Assembly: GCA_030390025.1 (NCBI GenBank)
Contig: CM059438.1
Location: 54,500,001 to 54,564,000, forward strand
DNA from: Squalus acanthias
Lineage: Eukaryota
Length of the DNA stretch: 64,000 nucleotides
Direction of reading: 5' to 3'
In this document: positions 50,956-64,000 of the stretch, piece by piece
Numbering within the stretch: position 1 is the first letter of the stretch
Layout of the letters: the number at the start of each line of letters is the position of its first letter
Notes under the pieces: model-generated
What the model saw: the letters and a program-made list of their open reading frames with translations, nothing else
What the model was told of the DNA's origin: nothing
The model's database searches: none
Program-made: the position numbers and the translations under genes

Positions 50956-51409
50956 TAGAAATGCCTGTTGCCACATAACATTTTCGTGGGACATTCCTTT
51001 GCCCGCAAGATGGCTGCCTTTTCCCTGAGCTCCATTCCTCTTTCTCCCAGTCTCCTTTTCTGAAGTCCCTCTGCCCACAGTTAACCACAATTCCAAAGTT
51101 TTGCCTTTATTTGCCTTGGAGCACTCGCGACTTTGTTATCCTTCCTCTACCTTAGCTGAGGATGATGCCTGCAACACAGGGTCTGAATCTCTCACTGCTC
51201 AATCGTTGGGACTGAACTTGTCAATGCTCGGCTAGCTCTGCTCCTCCGCTCCTCCCCAGGCTCTGACGTCTGCCACTGCTTGCTGTGGCTGCTGGCTCTG
51301 CTGGAACTCTATTGTTGGGACATTTTTCATTTGCCATTGAGCTGATGCTAGGTCCATTACTCCTGGTCTAGCTGCTGTTCCTCAAACTCCTAAACAACTA
51401 GCATTTTTA

Positions 51410-51660
51410 ATTAGTGCCTTCAACATAGAAAAACATCCCAAGGCACTTCACAGAGGAGTGAGGAAAACAGATATCGAGCCAAAGAAGGATATTAGAAGGG
51501 ATAAGGGGCGGGTTTCAAGGAGGGTTTTAAAGGATAGGACATTGGAAGGGTGGAAAGTCCAGGGAGTGAGTTCCCGAGAGTGGGGCCTAGGTGGATGAAG
51601 ACACGGCAGCCAATAGTGAGGCAAAGGCTGGGGGGGATGCACAAGAAGCTGGAGTCAGAG
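51410..51660 (-). mobile_element. L2-like LINE 3' end sharing its tail with the Deu-SINEs (further piece at about 52590-52820)
   Basis: tagtgccttcaacatagaaaaacatcccaaggcacttcacag matches the SINE tail in reverse. FKTLLET is an ORF-end remnant on the minus strand. Confidence 0.55.
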
Positions 51661-54399
51661 AACCAAAGAATTACATGGAATGTACAGCACAGAAACAGGC
51701 CATTCAGCCCAACTATCCTCTGTCAGTGTTTATGCTCCACACGAGCCTGCTCCCACCCCTCTTCACCAGCACAACCTTCTATTCCTTTCTCCCTCATGTT
51801 TATCTAGCTTCCCTGTAAATGCATCTATGTTATTCACCTCAACTACTCCTTGAGATAGCGAATTCCACATTCTAACCACGCTCTGAGTAAAGAAGTTTCT
51901 CCTGAATTCTCTGTTGGATTTATTGGTGACTATCCTATATTTATGGCCCCTAGTTTTGGTCTCCTCCACAAGTGGAAACATCTTCTCTACGTCTACCCTA
52001 TCAAACCCTTCCATAATCTTAAAGACCTCTATCAGGTCACCTCTCAGCCTTATTTTTTCTAGAGAAAAGAGCCACTGTTCAATCTTTCCTGATGGGTATA
52101 CCTCTCAGTTCTGATATCATCCTTGTACCTTTTCCTGTGCCTCTATATCCTTTTTATAATATGGAAACTAGAACTGTGCACAGTACTCTAAGTGTGGTCG
52201 AACCAAGGTTATACACAAGTTTAACAGAAATTCCCTACTTTTCAATTCTAGCCCTCTAGGAACAAATCCCAGTGCTTGTTTGCTTTTTTATGGCCTTATT
52301 AACCGGCATCGCTACTTTTAATGATTTCTGTATCTGTACTCCTACATCCCTTTGCTCATCTAACCCAGTTAGACTCTTATTTTCCAAGGAGTATGTGGCC
52401 TCCTTATTCTTCCTACCAAAATGCACCACCTCACGCATATCTATATTGAAATTAATTTGCCAATTACACGCTCATTCTGCAAGTTTATTAATATCTTCTT
52501 TTATTTTGCCGCAGTCTTCCTCAGTATTAATTTGGTGTCATCCGCAAATTTTGAAATTGTACTTCTGATTCCCGAGTCCAAATTGTTTATGAAGTGTTTG
52601 GGTGCAGGGGTTGTGGAGCCGGAGGAGGTTGCAGAGATAGAGAAGGGCGAGGTCATGGAGGGACTTAAATACAAGGAAGATCATTTTAAATTTGAGGAAT
52701 TGGGGGATGAGGAGCCACTGAAGATCAACGAGGACAGGGGTGATGGGGTGAGTGAGACTTAGTGCAGGATAGGATACAGGCAGCGGAGCTTTAGATGAGT
52801 TATAGTTTATGCAGGTTAGTGAACAGCCTCTGCTTTGTTGACTCTACACCACCTATTCCAACTTGGACTCTGTTCCCTCTGCCGGCTGCTGACTTCACGG
52901 AGACGCCCCTAGACTGAAGTCTGCTGCTCCGCTGATGTCCTGGTCTGAAGCCCTGCACTTGGGTTCATTTTATGTTGCTTGACCGCTAATTGATGGATCA
53001 TTCTCCTCACCTCCATTGTCCTTCTGGATCAATCTCCCTTCCTCCGCTTGTTCCCTGAACCCATCTCCAGACCTTCTCTGAACCCTTGCATCAACCTTTC
53101 CTGGCACCTCAGCCAAATGCTCTGCTCCTTTGACGGTACATGGACTTACCATCTCCAGTGACTCCTATACCGACTCTCTCCTCTGTAGGCTGGTGACTGG
53201 ATCCAAGATTCCCCCACTTCAACTGGACTTCACTCCACTGATGCTACCCAGCCCTGAGGTTTTGGACTGGTTCCCTGCTTTGCTGTCTATCCTTATCCTC
53301 TGACTCTTCCCTGCCATGCCGAGATCTCTGCCATAGTTCATGCAACTTAAAGTTTCTGTGTGCCCATTCAAGTCTGCATTTTCACTGCTGCACTGAACTT
53401 GACCTCCCAATCCCATTTTCCTATTTGACCATTCCCGAGCCTGCTCTTCTCTCTCCTCCTCTTCTCACCCAGCCATGGCCCCTTTTATCTTTCCCTTCTC
53501 TAGCACTATGCTCTATCCTTCGCTTTCGGCGGCCATCTTGTCCACCTCCAAAGGGGTTAATTTCTTCAACCTCCTCCATGCCCTGCTCATCTCTTTCACT
53601 GCCCATCCTGATCATCTAAAGAATTAACTATACCTCCTATTTTGGCATCAGCTACAGATTTTGACACCACTCCCTCTAGGCCTATATCCAAATCATTGAT
53701 ATGCAGTCAACAGAAGTGGTCTCAAAACTGAACCATGAGGGACACCATTACCTACTTCTAACCACTCTGAAAAACTACCCAAAACTCCTACTCTCTTTCC
53801 TACTTTTTAATTAATTATAATCCAGTTTGCTATCCTCTCTCCAATTCCGTAACCCTTAATCTTCTCCAGTAATCTCCCGTGTGCTACCTTGACAAAGGTT
53901 TTCCTAAATTCCATGCACACTACAGTTGCTACATTTCCCCAATCTACCATCTCTACCTCCTCAAAGAATTCTGAGGTTTGTCGAGCACGAATGTCCGTTT
54001 TGAAATTTGCGCTAGCTATTTCTAACTATTTTCTCTTTATCTAGATAGGTGGGAATTTCATCCTTATTAAAGACTCTAAAATCTTCCCTACCCCAGTAGT
54101 TCAGCTAACTATCCTGTAATTATCCAATTAGCTCTGTCTCCTTTTTATAAATAGATACTACATTGGCCACTCTCCACTCTCCAGCAACATCCACTCTCAA
54201 TAGAACCCTGAAATATAATTTCTAATGCCTCTGTAATTTCCTCCCTCACCTCCCTCAGGATCCTAGCATGTATCCCATCGGGTCCTGGCACTTTGTCTTC
54301 ATTGAGCTTAACTAACCTATCTAAACTGTTATCCATCAAAATATCACTCATCTCGCCCTCAACCACTTCAGGATTCATCTCCTCTCTGATATCCTTCTA

Positions 54400-55755
54400 A
54401 GAACATATAAGGACATAAGATGTAGGAGCAGGAGTAGGTCATTTGGCCCCTCGAGCCTGCTCCACCATTCAATAAGATCATGGCTGATCTGATCTTGGCC
54501 TCAACTCCACTTCCCTGCCCGCTCCCCATAACCCTTGACTCCCTTACCTTTCAAAAATCTGTCTATCTCCACCTTAAATACATTCAATGACCCAGCCTCC
54601 ACAGCTCTCTGGGTAAGAGAATTCCAAAGATTCACGACCCTCTGAGAGAAGAAATTCCCCCTCATTTCCGATTTAAAAGGGTGCCCCCTTATTCTGAAAT
54701 TATGCCCCCTAGTTCGAGAGTCCCCCAAAAGGGGAAACATCCTCTCTGCATCTACCCTGTCAAGCCCCTTCAGAATCTTATATGTTTCAATAAGATCCTC
54801 TCTCATTCTTCTAAACTCCAATGAGTATAGGCCCAACTTGCTCAACCTTTCTTCATAAGACAACACCTTCATCTCCAGAATCAACCTTGTGAACCTTCTC
54901 TGAACTGCTTCCAATGCAAGTATATCCTTCCTTAAATATGGAGACCAAAACTGTATGCAGTACTCCAGGTGTGGTCTCACCAATGCCCTGTACAGTTGTA
55001 ACAGGACTTCCCTACTTTTATACTTCATTCTCTTTGCAATAAAGGCCAACATTCCATTTGCCTTCCTAATTACTTGCTGTACCTGCATGCTAACTTTTTG
55101 CGATTCATGTACAAGGACCCCCAGATCCCTCTGTACCTCAGCATTTTGTAATCTCTCCCCATTTAAATAATAATTTGCTTTTTTATTTTTCCTACCAAAG
55201 TGGATAACCTCGCATTTTCCCACATTAAACTCCATCTGCCAGATTTTTGCCCACTCACTTAACCTATCTATATCCCTTTGGACATTCTTTGCATCCTCCA
55301 CACAATTTACTTTCCCACCTATCTTTGTATCATCAGCAAATTTGGCTACATTACACTCGGTCCCTTCATCCAAGTCATTAATATAGATTGTAAATAGTTG
55401 AGGCCCCAGCACTGATCCCTGCAGCATCCCACTAGTTACAGTTTGCCAACCTGAAAATGATCCATTTATCCCGACTCTCTGTTTTCTGTTAGTTAGCCAA
55501 TCCTCTATCCATGCTAATATATTACCCCCAACCCCGTGAGCTCTTATCTTGTGTAAAACCCTTTTATGTGGCACCTTATCGAATGCCTTCTGGAAATCCA
55601 AATACACGACATCTACTGGTTCCCCTTTATCCACCCTGCTCGTTACATCCTCAAAGAATTCCAGCAAATTTGTCAAACATGATCTCCCTTTCATAAAACC
55701 ATGCTGACTCTGCTTGACTATATTATGATTTTCTAAATGTCCTACTATCACTTCT
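54400..55755 (-). mobile_element. Young CR1 with uninterrupted 416-aa RT ORF, nested in an older CR1 (about 53630-56360)
   Basis: ORF 54501-55751 runs from QHGF to GYGERAGKWS without stops, with a taagaacat-type tail. Confidence 0.95.
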
Positions 55756-57029
55756 CTTTAGTAATGATCAATGCAAAGCACTTACTAAATACCTCTGCCA
55801 TTTTATCATCACCTAAAAATTGACAAACCTCTCCTCTCAGGGGTCCCACCTCACTTTAACAATTCTCTTTTTACTGATATATTTTTAAAATATCTTACTA
55901 TTATTTTGATGTAGTTTGGAATTTTCCCCTCATGCTCCCTCTTAGATTTCTGATCTTGTTCCTAACCTCTTATTTTCCCATATTCTCCTTTAGTTTTTTT
56001 CATTATTATTAGTCATTATAGGTCTTCAATTTTAATTGGTTTCTAACCTCTTTATTTACCCAAGGCATCCTAAACTACTCGAAGTTTATTCTTTTAAATG
56101 GAATGTACTTATCACTGTACCTTACAATCTCTTTTTTAAAAACATCCCACTGCTGCTCTACAGTCCTTTGCCAATTTCTCCTTCCACTTCACCTCAGCTA
56201 GCTCGCTCATCTTTCTAGAATGCGCCCTAATTCAATCTGGTGTTCTAGATTTTGTACTGACTTTTCCCTTTCTAGTTGGATCTTAGAATATATCATACTC
56301 TGGTCACTACTCCCAAGGTTCTTACCCACATTTAGTTCATCTATCTGATCTATTTCATTACTTGATTGACAACCCATCCACCACCTTAAACATTCACTCC
56401 CTCCACCACCGGCATATCGTGGCTGCAGTGTGTACCATCTACAAGAGGCACTGCAGCAACTCACCGAGGCTTCTTTGGCAGCACCTCCCAAACCCACAAC
56501 CTCTACCACCTAGAAGGACAAAGGCAGCAGGCGCTTGGGAACACTACCTCCTGCAAGTTCTCCTCCAAGTCACACACCATCCTGACTTCGAAATATATCG
56601 CCGTTCCTTTATTGTCGCAACACTGGCATCTGGTGAGACCAGTCACACTATATTGATTAACAATGGAAGTGGGGCTCACCTGGGGATCCAATCCGGGAGT
56701 CCTATAGAGGAATAGTATTTTATTTTTATCAACTTAAATGCGGCCCCCTTACATAAAGGCTGCTGAGGGCAGTATCCTTCTGTTTCGAGGGGATTTCCCT
56801 GGGTCTGGGATCACCACTGGACTTTCTGGCTTCCTTCCTATGGCAGCCACCCTAGATGCAGCCCAGTGATATAGGCAACTGCCATTGGCATATGAAACAG
56901 GAGACCTTCCTCTGACCCTGCAAACTTCAGCACTTACATCAGGATGCGCCCAACGTGGATTTTCAGCCCCATTGTTTTTAATACAAGGGTTTATCTTGTA
57001 CTCTTTCTGTAAGTTTCTCCTTCTGTCTA

Positions 57030-58850
57030 TCTTTATTTTCTTCATTCACGGGATGTGGGCGTTGCTGGCAAGGCCAGCATTTATTGACCATCCTTAATTG
57101 CCCTCGAGAAGGTGGTGGTGAGCCACCTTCTTGAAACGCTGCAGTCCGTGTGGTGAAGGTACTCCCACAGTGCTGGTAGGTAGGGGAACTTGGAGATGGT
57201 GGTGTTCTCATACACCTGCTGCCCTTGTCCTTTTAGGTGGTAGAGGTCATGAGTTTGGGAGGTGCTGTCGAAGAAGCCTTGGCGAGTTGCTGCAGTGCAT
57301 CTTGTAGATGGTACACACTGCAGACATGGTTCACTGGTAGTGGAGGGAGTGAATGTTTAAGGTGGTGGATGGGGTACCAATCAAACGGGCTGCTTTTTCC
57401 TGGATGGTGTCGAGCTTCGAGTGTTGTTGGAGCTGCACTCATCCAGGCAAGTGAAAAGTATTCCATCACACTGCTGACTTGTGCCTTGTAGATGGCAGAA
57501 AGGCACTGGGGAGTCAGGAGGTGAGTCACTCGCCGCAGAATACACAGTCTCTGACCTGCTCTTGTAGCCACAGTATTTATGTGGCTGGTCCAGTTAAGTA
57601 TCTGGTCAATGGTGACCCCATGATGTTGATGGGGGATTAGACGATGGTATTGCCATTGAATGTTAAGGGGGGGGGGTTAGACTTTCTCTTGTTGGAGATG
57701 GTCATTGCCTGGCACTTGTGTGGCGCGAATGTTACTTGCCACTTATCAGCCCAAGCCTGAATATCATCCAGGTCTTGCTGCATGCGGGCATGGACTGCTT
57801 CATTCTCTAAGGAGTTGCGAATGGAACTGAACACTGTGCAATCCGCAGTGAACATCCCCACTTCTGACTTTATGATGGAGGGAAGGTCACTGATGAAGCA
57901 GCTGAAGATGTCTGGGCCTAGGACACTGGTTTAGGTACTCTTGCAGCGATGTCTTGGGCTGAGATGACTGGCCTCCAACAACCACCTTCCTTTGTGCTAG
58001 GTATGACTCCACCAGTGGACAGCTTTCCCCCTGATCCCCATTGACTTCAATTTTACTAGGGCTGCTTGATGCCACACTTGGTCAAATGCTGCCTTGATGT
58101 CAATGGCAGTCACTCTCACCTCACCTCACCTCTGGAATTCAGCTCTTTTGTCCATGTCTGGACCAAGGCTGTAATGATGTCTGGAGCAGAGTGGTCCTGG
58201 TGGAATCCAAACTGAACATCGGTGAGCAGGTTATTGGTGAGTAAGTGCTGCTTGATAGCATTGTCATCACTTCCATCACTTTGCTGATGATTCAGAGTAG
58301 ACTGATGGGGTGGATTGGATTGGATTTGTCCTGCTATTTGTGCACAGGACATACCTGAGCAATTTTCCACTTTGTTGGGTAGATGCCAGTGTTGTAGCTG
58401 TACAGGAACAGCTTGGCTAGAGGTACGGCTAGTTCTGGAGCACAAGTCTTCAGCACTACAGCTGGGGCCCATAGCCTTTGCTGTATCCAGTGCGCTCAGG
58501 TGTCTCTTGATATCACGTGGAGTGAATCGAATTGGCTGGGCTTCTGTGATGGTAGGGACCAATGTTCCCCCTAAGGTGTGTGGCCGCACACCGATTGTGA
58601 GGTCCCGCGTAGGCCGCTCACCAGCTGATGCCGCTGGAAGAGGTATGGCACATTAAAGGGACCGTGCAGGGGAAAAAAAATTAGAGGGAATATCGGTGGG
58701 GACCTCAGGAGGAGGCAGAGATGGATCATCCAATCGCTTCAGCCTTGTCTTTTGCACTGACGTGCTGGGTTCCGCCATCATTGAGGATGGGCATGTTCAT
58801 TTTGCCTCCTCCTCCCATTAGTTGTTTAATTGTCCACCATCATTGACGAC
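57030..58850 (-). mobile_element. Second-family non-LTR retrotransposon, RT region plus 3' tail (another fragment at 56360-56620 on +)
   Basis: QFGFHQDHSAPD, MFTADCTVF, WADKWQVTFAPHKCQ and YKAQV, with tail ggtcaataaatgctggccttgccagcaacgcccacatcccgtgaatgaa on the minus strand. Confidence 0.85.
58560..58695. mobile_element. Short hAT-type MITE, 136 bp
   Basis: TIRs CAATGTTCCCCCTAA and TTAGAGGGAATATCG, with an 8-bp TSD gtagggac/gtggggac. It interrupts the LINE. Confidence 0.78.
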
Positions 58851-59209
58851 TCTGAATCTTTGTTCTGTATGTTTCCGATTCTATCGGTATACTCAAGAGA
58901 TTCTTTTTTTTCTCTATGTGTATGTCTCTTTCTTTTTGTATATGTAGGTATATGTGAAATTGTATTAATAATGGAATTCCTAATAGTATATATGGAGTAT
59001 TGTTATAGTAAAATAATGTTATAAATAATTGTTCCTGCTTTGTTTCTAGTTTCAGGGTTGCTGCTTTTTATATGAGAATTATAAGTTTAACTTTAAAAAG
59101 AAAAAATTGTTCATTGCCTTTTAGGGCTTTAGAAAACTCAGAGGCAAATCGCTATTTTGTGGCAATCTCGAGTGTCAACTGCTGAAAGAAAAGCACTTGT
59201 TGGCTACAG

Positions 59210-60350
59210 CAGTGATTCTCAACCTTTTTTCTTCGGCGAGCCCCCCACCCATGTTATAAAAATTCCACGGATCACAACACAAGTATTTTTTCTGTATAAA
59301 AATTCTCTCAGTGCCGCTCCCACTTATCATGTTACTGCTCTTACTGCTATCCCGACAATGCAGAAAATACTGGTCCCCACACCCATCCCACTCCCTCTTT
59401 CCCGCCACATGAGCCCCAATCACCTGACCCCCAGTCTCCCTCTTTCCCCCCGCATCCCCCGACTCCCTCACCTGGCACATCAGCCAGTTCTGGTTGATGT
59501 CAGTCAAACAGCCTTTTCCCCCCATCTCCAATATTTTCATAACTAATAACAAAAAGTGTACAATGAAAATCAAAAAAACAATTTTTTTAAGACCCGCATG
59601 ATTTTTCTCCCAAATTACTTGCAGCCGTGACCAGATTAATGTTTTATTCTTGGCGACTCCAGGACAATCCTGGAAGGTTGAAATCCTAGCTGGAGGCCAA
59701 CACTGGGTGTGAACAATCAGGTCTGCCTGTGATGTCCTCCTTGGTAGAGCAAGACTGCTAACAGTCAAGGTATAGGCTCGCAGGTGAAGAATAAATGAGG
59801 TTGGCACCAAAGGGCAGCCAGCACACTTGTAACTAAATGACAGTGTGAGTCAACACACTTGCTAAAATTTATCGGCTAACCGGGAGTTGCCGATATTGCA
59901 GAGAATAAGTTAAGGGTGCAGTTGGACGCGAGTCTAAATGTCGAATCGGTTGGACACGTTGCCAGTTCCGGCGACGCTCTGCCGGTTGTACTGCAACTGT
60001 TCGGCCAGCAGACCAGTCCGCCCGTATATACAGTGGGACCTGACGAGAGGTGAGGAGAGAGAGCTCGAGCTGGGGGATCTGCGCTCAGCAACCGCTGTCT
60101 CTCTCTCTTCTCAGCGAGCGGGGGCCTGGGCTCAGCGGCAGCTGCCGCCGTCCTTGCACAGACGTTCAGGAGGGGGGAAGCAGCGGTCCGAGTCAGAGCC
60201 GGAGTCGCCAGTTTACTTAGTTCGATCCCACCTTTATACAACTGTGCATTTTTATTTTTTATTTAAATCCCAGAGGTCATTTATAGCGGACTCCCTGAAA
60301 CCCCCTCGCAGACCCCTACAGGACTGCGGACCCCCGGTTTAGAACCCCTG
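59210..60350. mobile_element. Non-autonomous hAT (Charlie-type) element, 1141 bp
   Basis: TIRs CAGTGATTCTCAAC and GTTTAGAACCCCTG, with an 8-bp TSD ggctacag/ggctacaa. Confidence 0.8.
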
Positions 60351-60410
60351 GGCTACAAGACAGGGAGGGGTGGTAAAAATCAATTCCTAGCAACACTTGT
60401 GGATCTATCG

Positions 60411-63400
60411 GGGACGGTAGCATAGTGGTTACGTTACTGGGCTAGTAATCCAGAGGCCTGGACTAATAATCCAGATGTGAGTTCAAATCCCACTACGACA
60501 GCTGGGGAATTTAAATTCAATTAATTAAATAAATCTGGAATAAAAAGCTAGTATCAGTAGATGATTGTTGTAAAAACCCATCTGGTTCACTAATAGCCTT
60601 ACCCGGTCTGGCCTATATGTGACTCCAGACCCACAGCAATGTGGTTGACTCTTAACCTCCCTCTGAAATGGCCCAGCAAACCACTCAGTTGTAACAAACC
60701 GCTACGAGAAAAAACAGTAAGAATAAAAAAATCGGACGGACCACACGGCATCGACCTTGGCACCAGCTACGGACATGACAACGGCACACACATCCAGCTC
60801 AGTCAACCCGGCAAAGTCCGCCTCACGAACATCTGGGGACTTAGGTCAAAATTGGGAGAGCTGTCCCACAGACTAGTCAAGCAACAGCCTGACATAATCT
60901 ATCTCACGGAATCATACCTTTAAGCCAATGTCCCAGACTCCTCCATCACCATCCCTGGGTATGTCCTGTCCCACCGGCAGGACAGACCCACCAGAGGTGG
61001 TGGCACAGTAGTATACAGTTGGGAGGGAGTGGCCCTGGGAGTCCTCAACATTGACTCCGGACCCCATGAAGTCTCATGGCTTCGGGTCAAGCACGGGCAA
61101 AGAAACCTCCTGCTGATTACCACCTACCGCCCTCCCTCAGCTGATGAATCAGTATTCCTCCATGTTGAACACCATTTGGAAGAAGCACTGAGAGTAGCAA
61201 GGGCACAGAATGTACTCTGGATGACTTCAGTGTCCATCACCAAAGAGTGGCTTGGTAGCACCACTACTGACCAAGCTGGCCGAGTCCTGAAGGACATAGC
61301 TGCCAGACTGGGTCTGCGGCAGGTAGTGAGAGAACCAACAGGAGGGAAAAACCTACTTGACCTCATCCTCACTAATCTATCTGTTGCAGATGCATCTGTC
61401 CATGACAGCATTGGTAGTAGTGACCACCGCACAGTCACTGTGGCGACTAGGTCCCGTCTTCACACTGAGAAAAGGGTGTAAAAGAAAAGACAGTCATCCG
61501 TGGCTAAGTAAAGAAATTAAGGATAGTATTCGACTAAAAACAAGGGCTTATAAGGTAGCCAAATCTAGTGGGAGGATAGAGGATTGGGAAACTTTAAAAG
61601 ACAGCAAAAAATAACAAAAAGATTGATTAAGAAAGGGAAGATAGATTATGAAAGTAAATTAGCAAAAAATATAAAAACAGATAGCAAGAGTTTTTATAGT
61701 TATATAAAAAGAAAAAGGGTGGCTAAAGTAAATGTTGGTCCCTTAGAGGATGAGACCGGGAAATTAATGGTGGGAAATATGGAGATGGCAAATACACTGA
61801 ATGAATATTTTGTATCAGTCTTTACAGTAGAGGACACTAAGAATATCCCAACACTGGACAAACAGGGGGCTATAGGGGGGGAGGAGCTAAACACGATCAA
61901 AATCACTAAGGAAGTGGTACTCGGTAAAATAATGGGACTCAAGGCGGATAAATCACCTGGACCTGATGGCTTACATCCTAGGGTCTTGAGGGAAGTGGCG
62001 GTAGGGATTGTGGATGCATTGGTAATAATTTTCCAAAACTCCCTGGACTCAGCAAAGATCCCGGCAGACTGGAAAACTGCTAATGTAACACCCTTATTTA
62101 AAAAGGGCAGTAGACAGAAGGCTGGAAACTATAGACCAGTTAGCCTAACATCTGTGGTAGGTAAAATTTTGGAGTCCATTATTAAGGAGACAGTAACGGG
62201 ACATTTGGATAATCATAATTTAATAGGACAAAGTCAGCATGGTTTTGTGAAGGGGAAGTCATGTTTGACAAATTTACTGGAGTTCTTTGAGGAAGTAACA
62301 TACAGGGTGGATAAAGGGGAACCAGTGGATGTGGTGTATTTAGACTTCCAAAAGGCATTTGACAAGGTGCCACACAAAAGATTATTGCTTAAGATAAAAA
62401 ATCACGGGATTGGGGGTAATATTCTGGCATGGATAGAGGATTGGCTATTTAACAGAAGGCAGAGAGTTGGGATAAATGGTTCATTCTCAGACTGGCAATC
62501 AGTAACTAGTGGTGTTCCGCAGGGGTCAGTGCTGGGTCCCCAACTCTTTACAATCTATATTAACGATTTGGAGGAGGGGACCGAGTGTAACATATCAAAG
62601 TTTGCAGATGATACTAAGATGGGAGGGAAAGTAGTGAGTGAGGAGGACATAAAAAATCTGCAAGGGGACATAGACAGGCTAAGTAAGTGGGCAGAAATTT
62701 GGCAGATGGAATACAATACTGGAAAGTGTGAGGTTATGCACTTTGGCAGGAAAAATAGTAGAGCAAGTTATTATCTTAATGGCAAGAAACTGGAAAGTAC
62801 TGAAGTACAAAGGGATCTGGGGGTCCTGGTGCACGAAACTCAAAAGGTTAGTATGCAGGTGCAGCAAGTGATTAAGAAGGCCAATGGAATGTTGGCTTTC
62901 ATTGCTAGGGAGATAGAATATAAAAATAGGGAGGTATTGCTTCAGTTGTACAAGGTATTGGTGAGACCGCACCTGGAATACTGCATACAGTTTTGGTGTC
63001 CATACTTAAGAAAAGACATACTTGCTCTCGAGTCAGTACAAAGAAGGTTCACTCGGTTAATCCCGGGGATGAGGGGATGGACATATGAGGAGACGTTGGG
63101 TAGATTGGGACTCTACTCATTGGAGTTCAGAAGAATGAGAGGCGATCTTATTGAAACATATAAGATTGTGAAGGGGTTGGATCGGGTGGATGCAGGGAGG
63201 ATGTTCCCGATGATGGATGAAACTAGAACTAGGGGGCATAGTCTTAGAATAAGGGGCTGCTCTTTCAAAACTGAGATGAGAAGGAACTACTTCACTCAGG
63301 AGGGTGGTAGGTCCATGGAATATGCTGCCCCAAAAAGCTGTAGAAGCTACATCATTACATAAATTTAAAACAGAAATAGACAGTTTCCTAGAAGTAAAGG

Positions 63401-64000
63401 GAATTAAGGGTTACAGGGAGCGGGCAGGAATTTAGACATGAGTCTAGGTTCGGATCGGTCATGGCCCTGTGGGTAGCGTAGTGGGCCCAGGGGCCGTGTA
63501 GCCTGATCCTGCTCCTATTTCGTGTGTCCAATTCTGTTAGATTCAGGAGATGGTTCTGTGATAGTAGATTGGTGGTTAGGATCAGATCAGCCATGATCTT
63601 ATTGAATGGCGGAGCAGGCTCGAGGGGCCAATTGGCCTACTCCTGCTCCTATTTCTTATGTTCTTATGTAGGACACCCTCCATCGTGTTATGTGGCACTA
63701 CCACCATGCTAAATGGGATAGATTCAGAACAGATCTAGCAGCTCAAAACGGGGCATCCATGAGGCGCTGTGGGCCATCAGCAGCAGCAGAATTATATTCC
63801 ACCACAATCTGTAACCTCACGGCCCGACATATCTCTCACTCTGCTATTACCATCATGCTATCGGACCAACCCTGGTTCAATAAGGAGCGCAGAAGAGCAG
63901 CACCAGGCGTACCTAAAAATGAGGTATCAACCTGGGGAAGTTACAACACAGGACTACATGTGGATCAGATCAAAGCTCTGCAGTCCTGCCACATCCAGTC
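60411..64000 (+). mobile_element. 5' end of the second-family LINE: tRNA-like head followed by an AP-endonuclease ORF; interrupted by a CR1
   Basis: A box TAGCATAGTGG and B box GAGTTCAAATCCC. APE motifs are TNIWGLRSK, PDIIYLTES, GGGTVVY, YRPPS, LDLILTN and SDHRTV. The sequence rejoins across the CR1 as cacactg-ag-gacaccctcc. Confidence 0.85.
61470..63669 (+). mobile_element. 5'-truncated CR1 with a long open ORF2 segment (592 aa) and extended 3'UTR
   Basis: ORF 61584-63362 carries all RT motifs, with tail ttcttatgttcttatgt. Confidence 0.95.

Noticed and set aside
59157..60342. ORFs inside the hAT-type element as a transposase
   Set aside because: No BED finger, DDE or hATC motifs are recognisable, so the element is treated as non-autonomous.
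50515..64000. Upstream TSPAN15 exon (TM1/TM2), and the next downstream exon below 15575
   Set aside because: No matching peptide with splice sites was found by eye. They probably lie outside the window, though a short exon could have been missed.

Overview
This is vertebrate genomic DNA, most likely a cartilaginous fish (inferred from CR1-dominated repeats, Deu-domain tRNA-SINEs and hammerhead-bearing Penelope elements). The window lies inside a minus-strand tetraspanin gene, TSPAN15-like. Three phase-0 exons missed by the ORF track sit at 50440-50514, 47510-47605 and 15575-15697, and the neighbouring exons were not found. The introns are packed with nested transposable elements: about 20 CR1 fragments, a second non-LTR family with a tRNA-like head, three Penelope-like elements, Deu-SINEs, and hAT and pogo/Tigger-type MITEs. 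There is also a PIF/Harbinger family with two near-full-length 4.2-kb copies (DDE transposase plus a convergent 3-exon Myb/SANT gene), two decayed copies and several MITEs. Best leads: (1) the second Harbinger copy has open, same-strand, phase-compatible exons 1.4 kb downstream of a TSPAN15 exon, a possible in-frame host-transposon fusion; (2) both Harbinger transposases share the same 2-nt lesion next to the first catalytic Asp; (3) a Harbinger-ended MITE carries splice signals and four consecutive hairpins; (4) a Penelope forms a 561-bp fold-back, and hammerhead motifs lie in the host-sense strand; (5) a tRNA-headed LINE has a SINE-like derivative that shares both its ends. All calls were made by eye, and the boundaries of old repeats are approximate.
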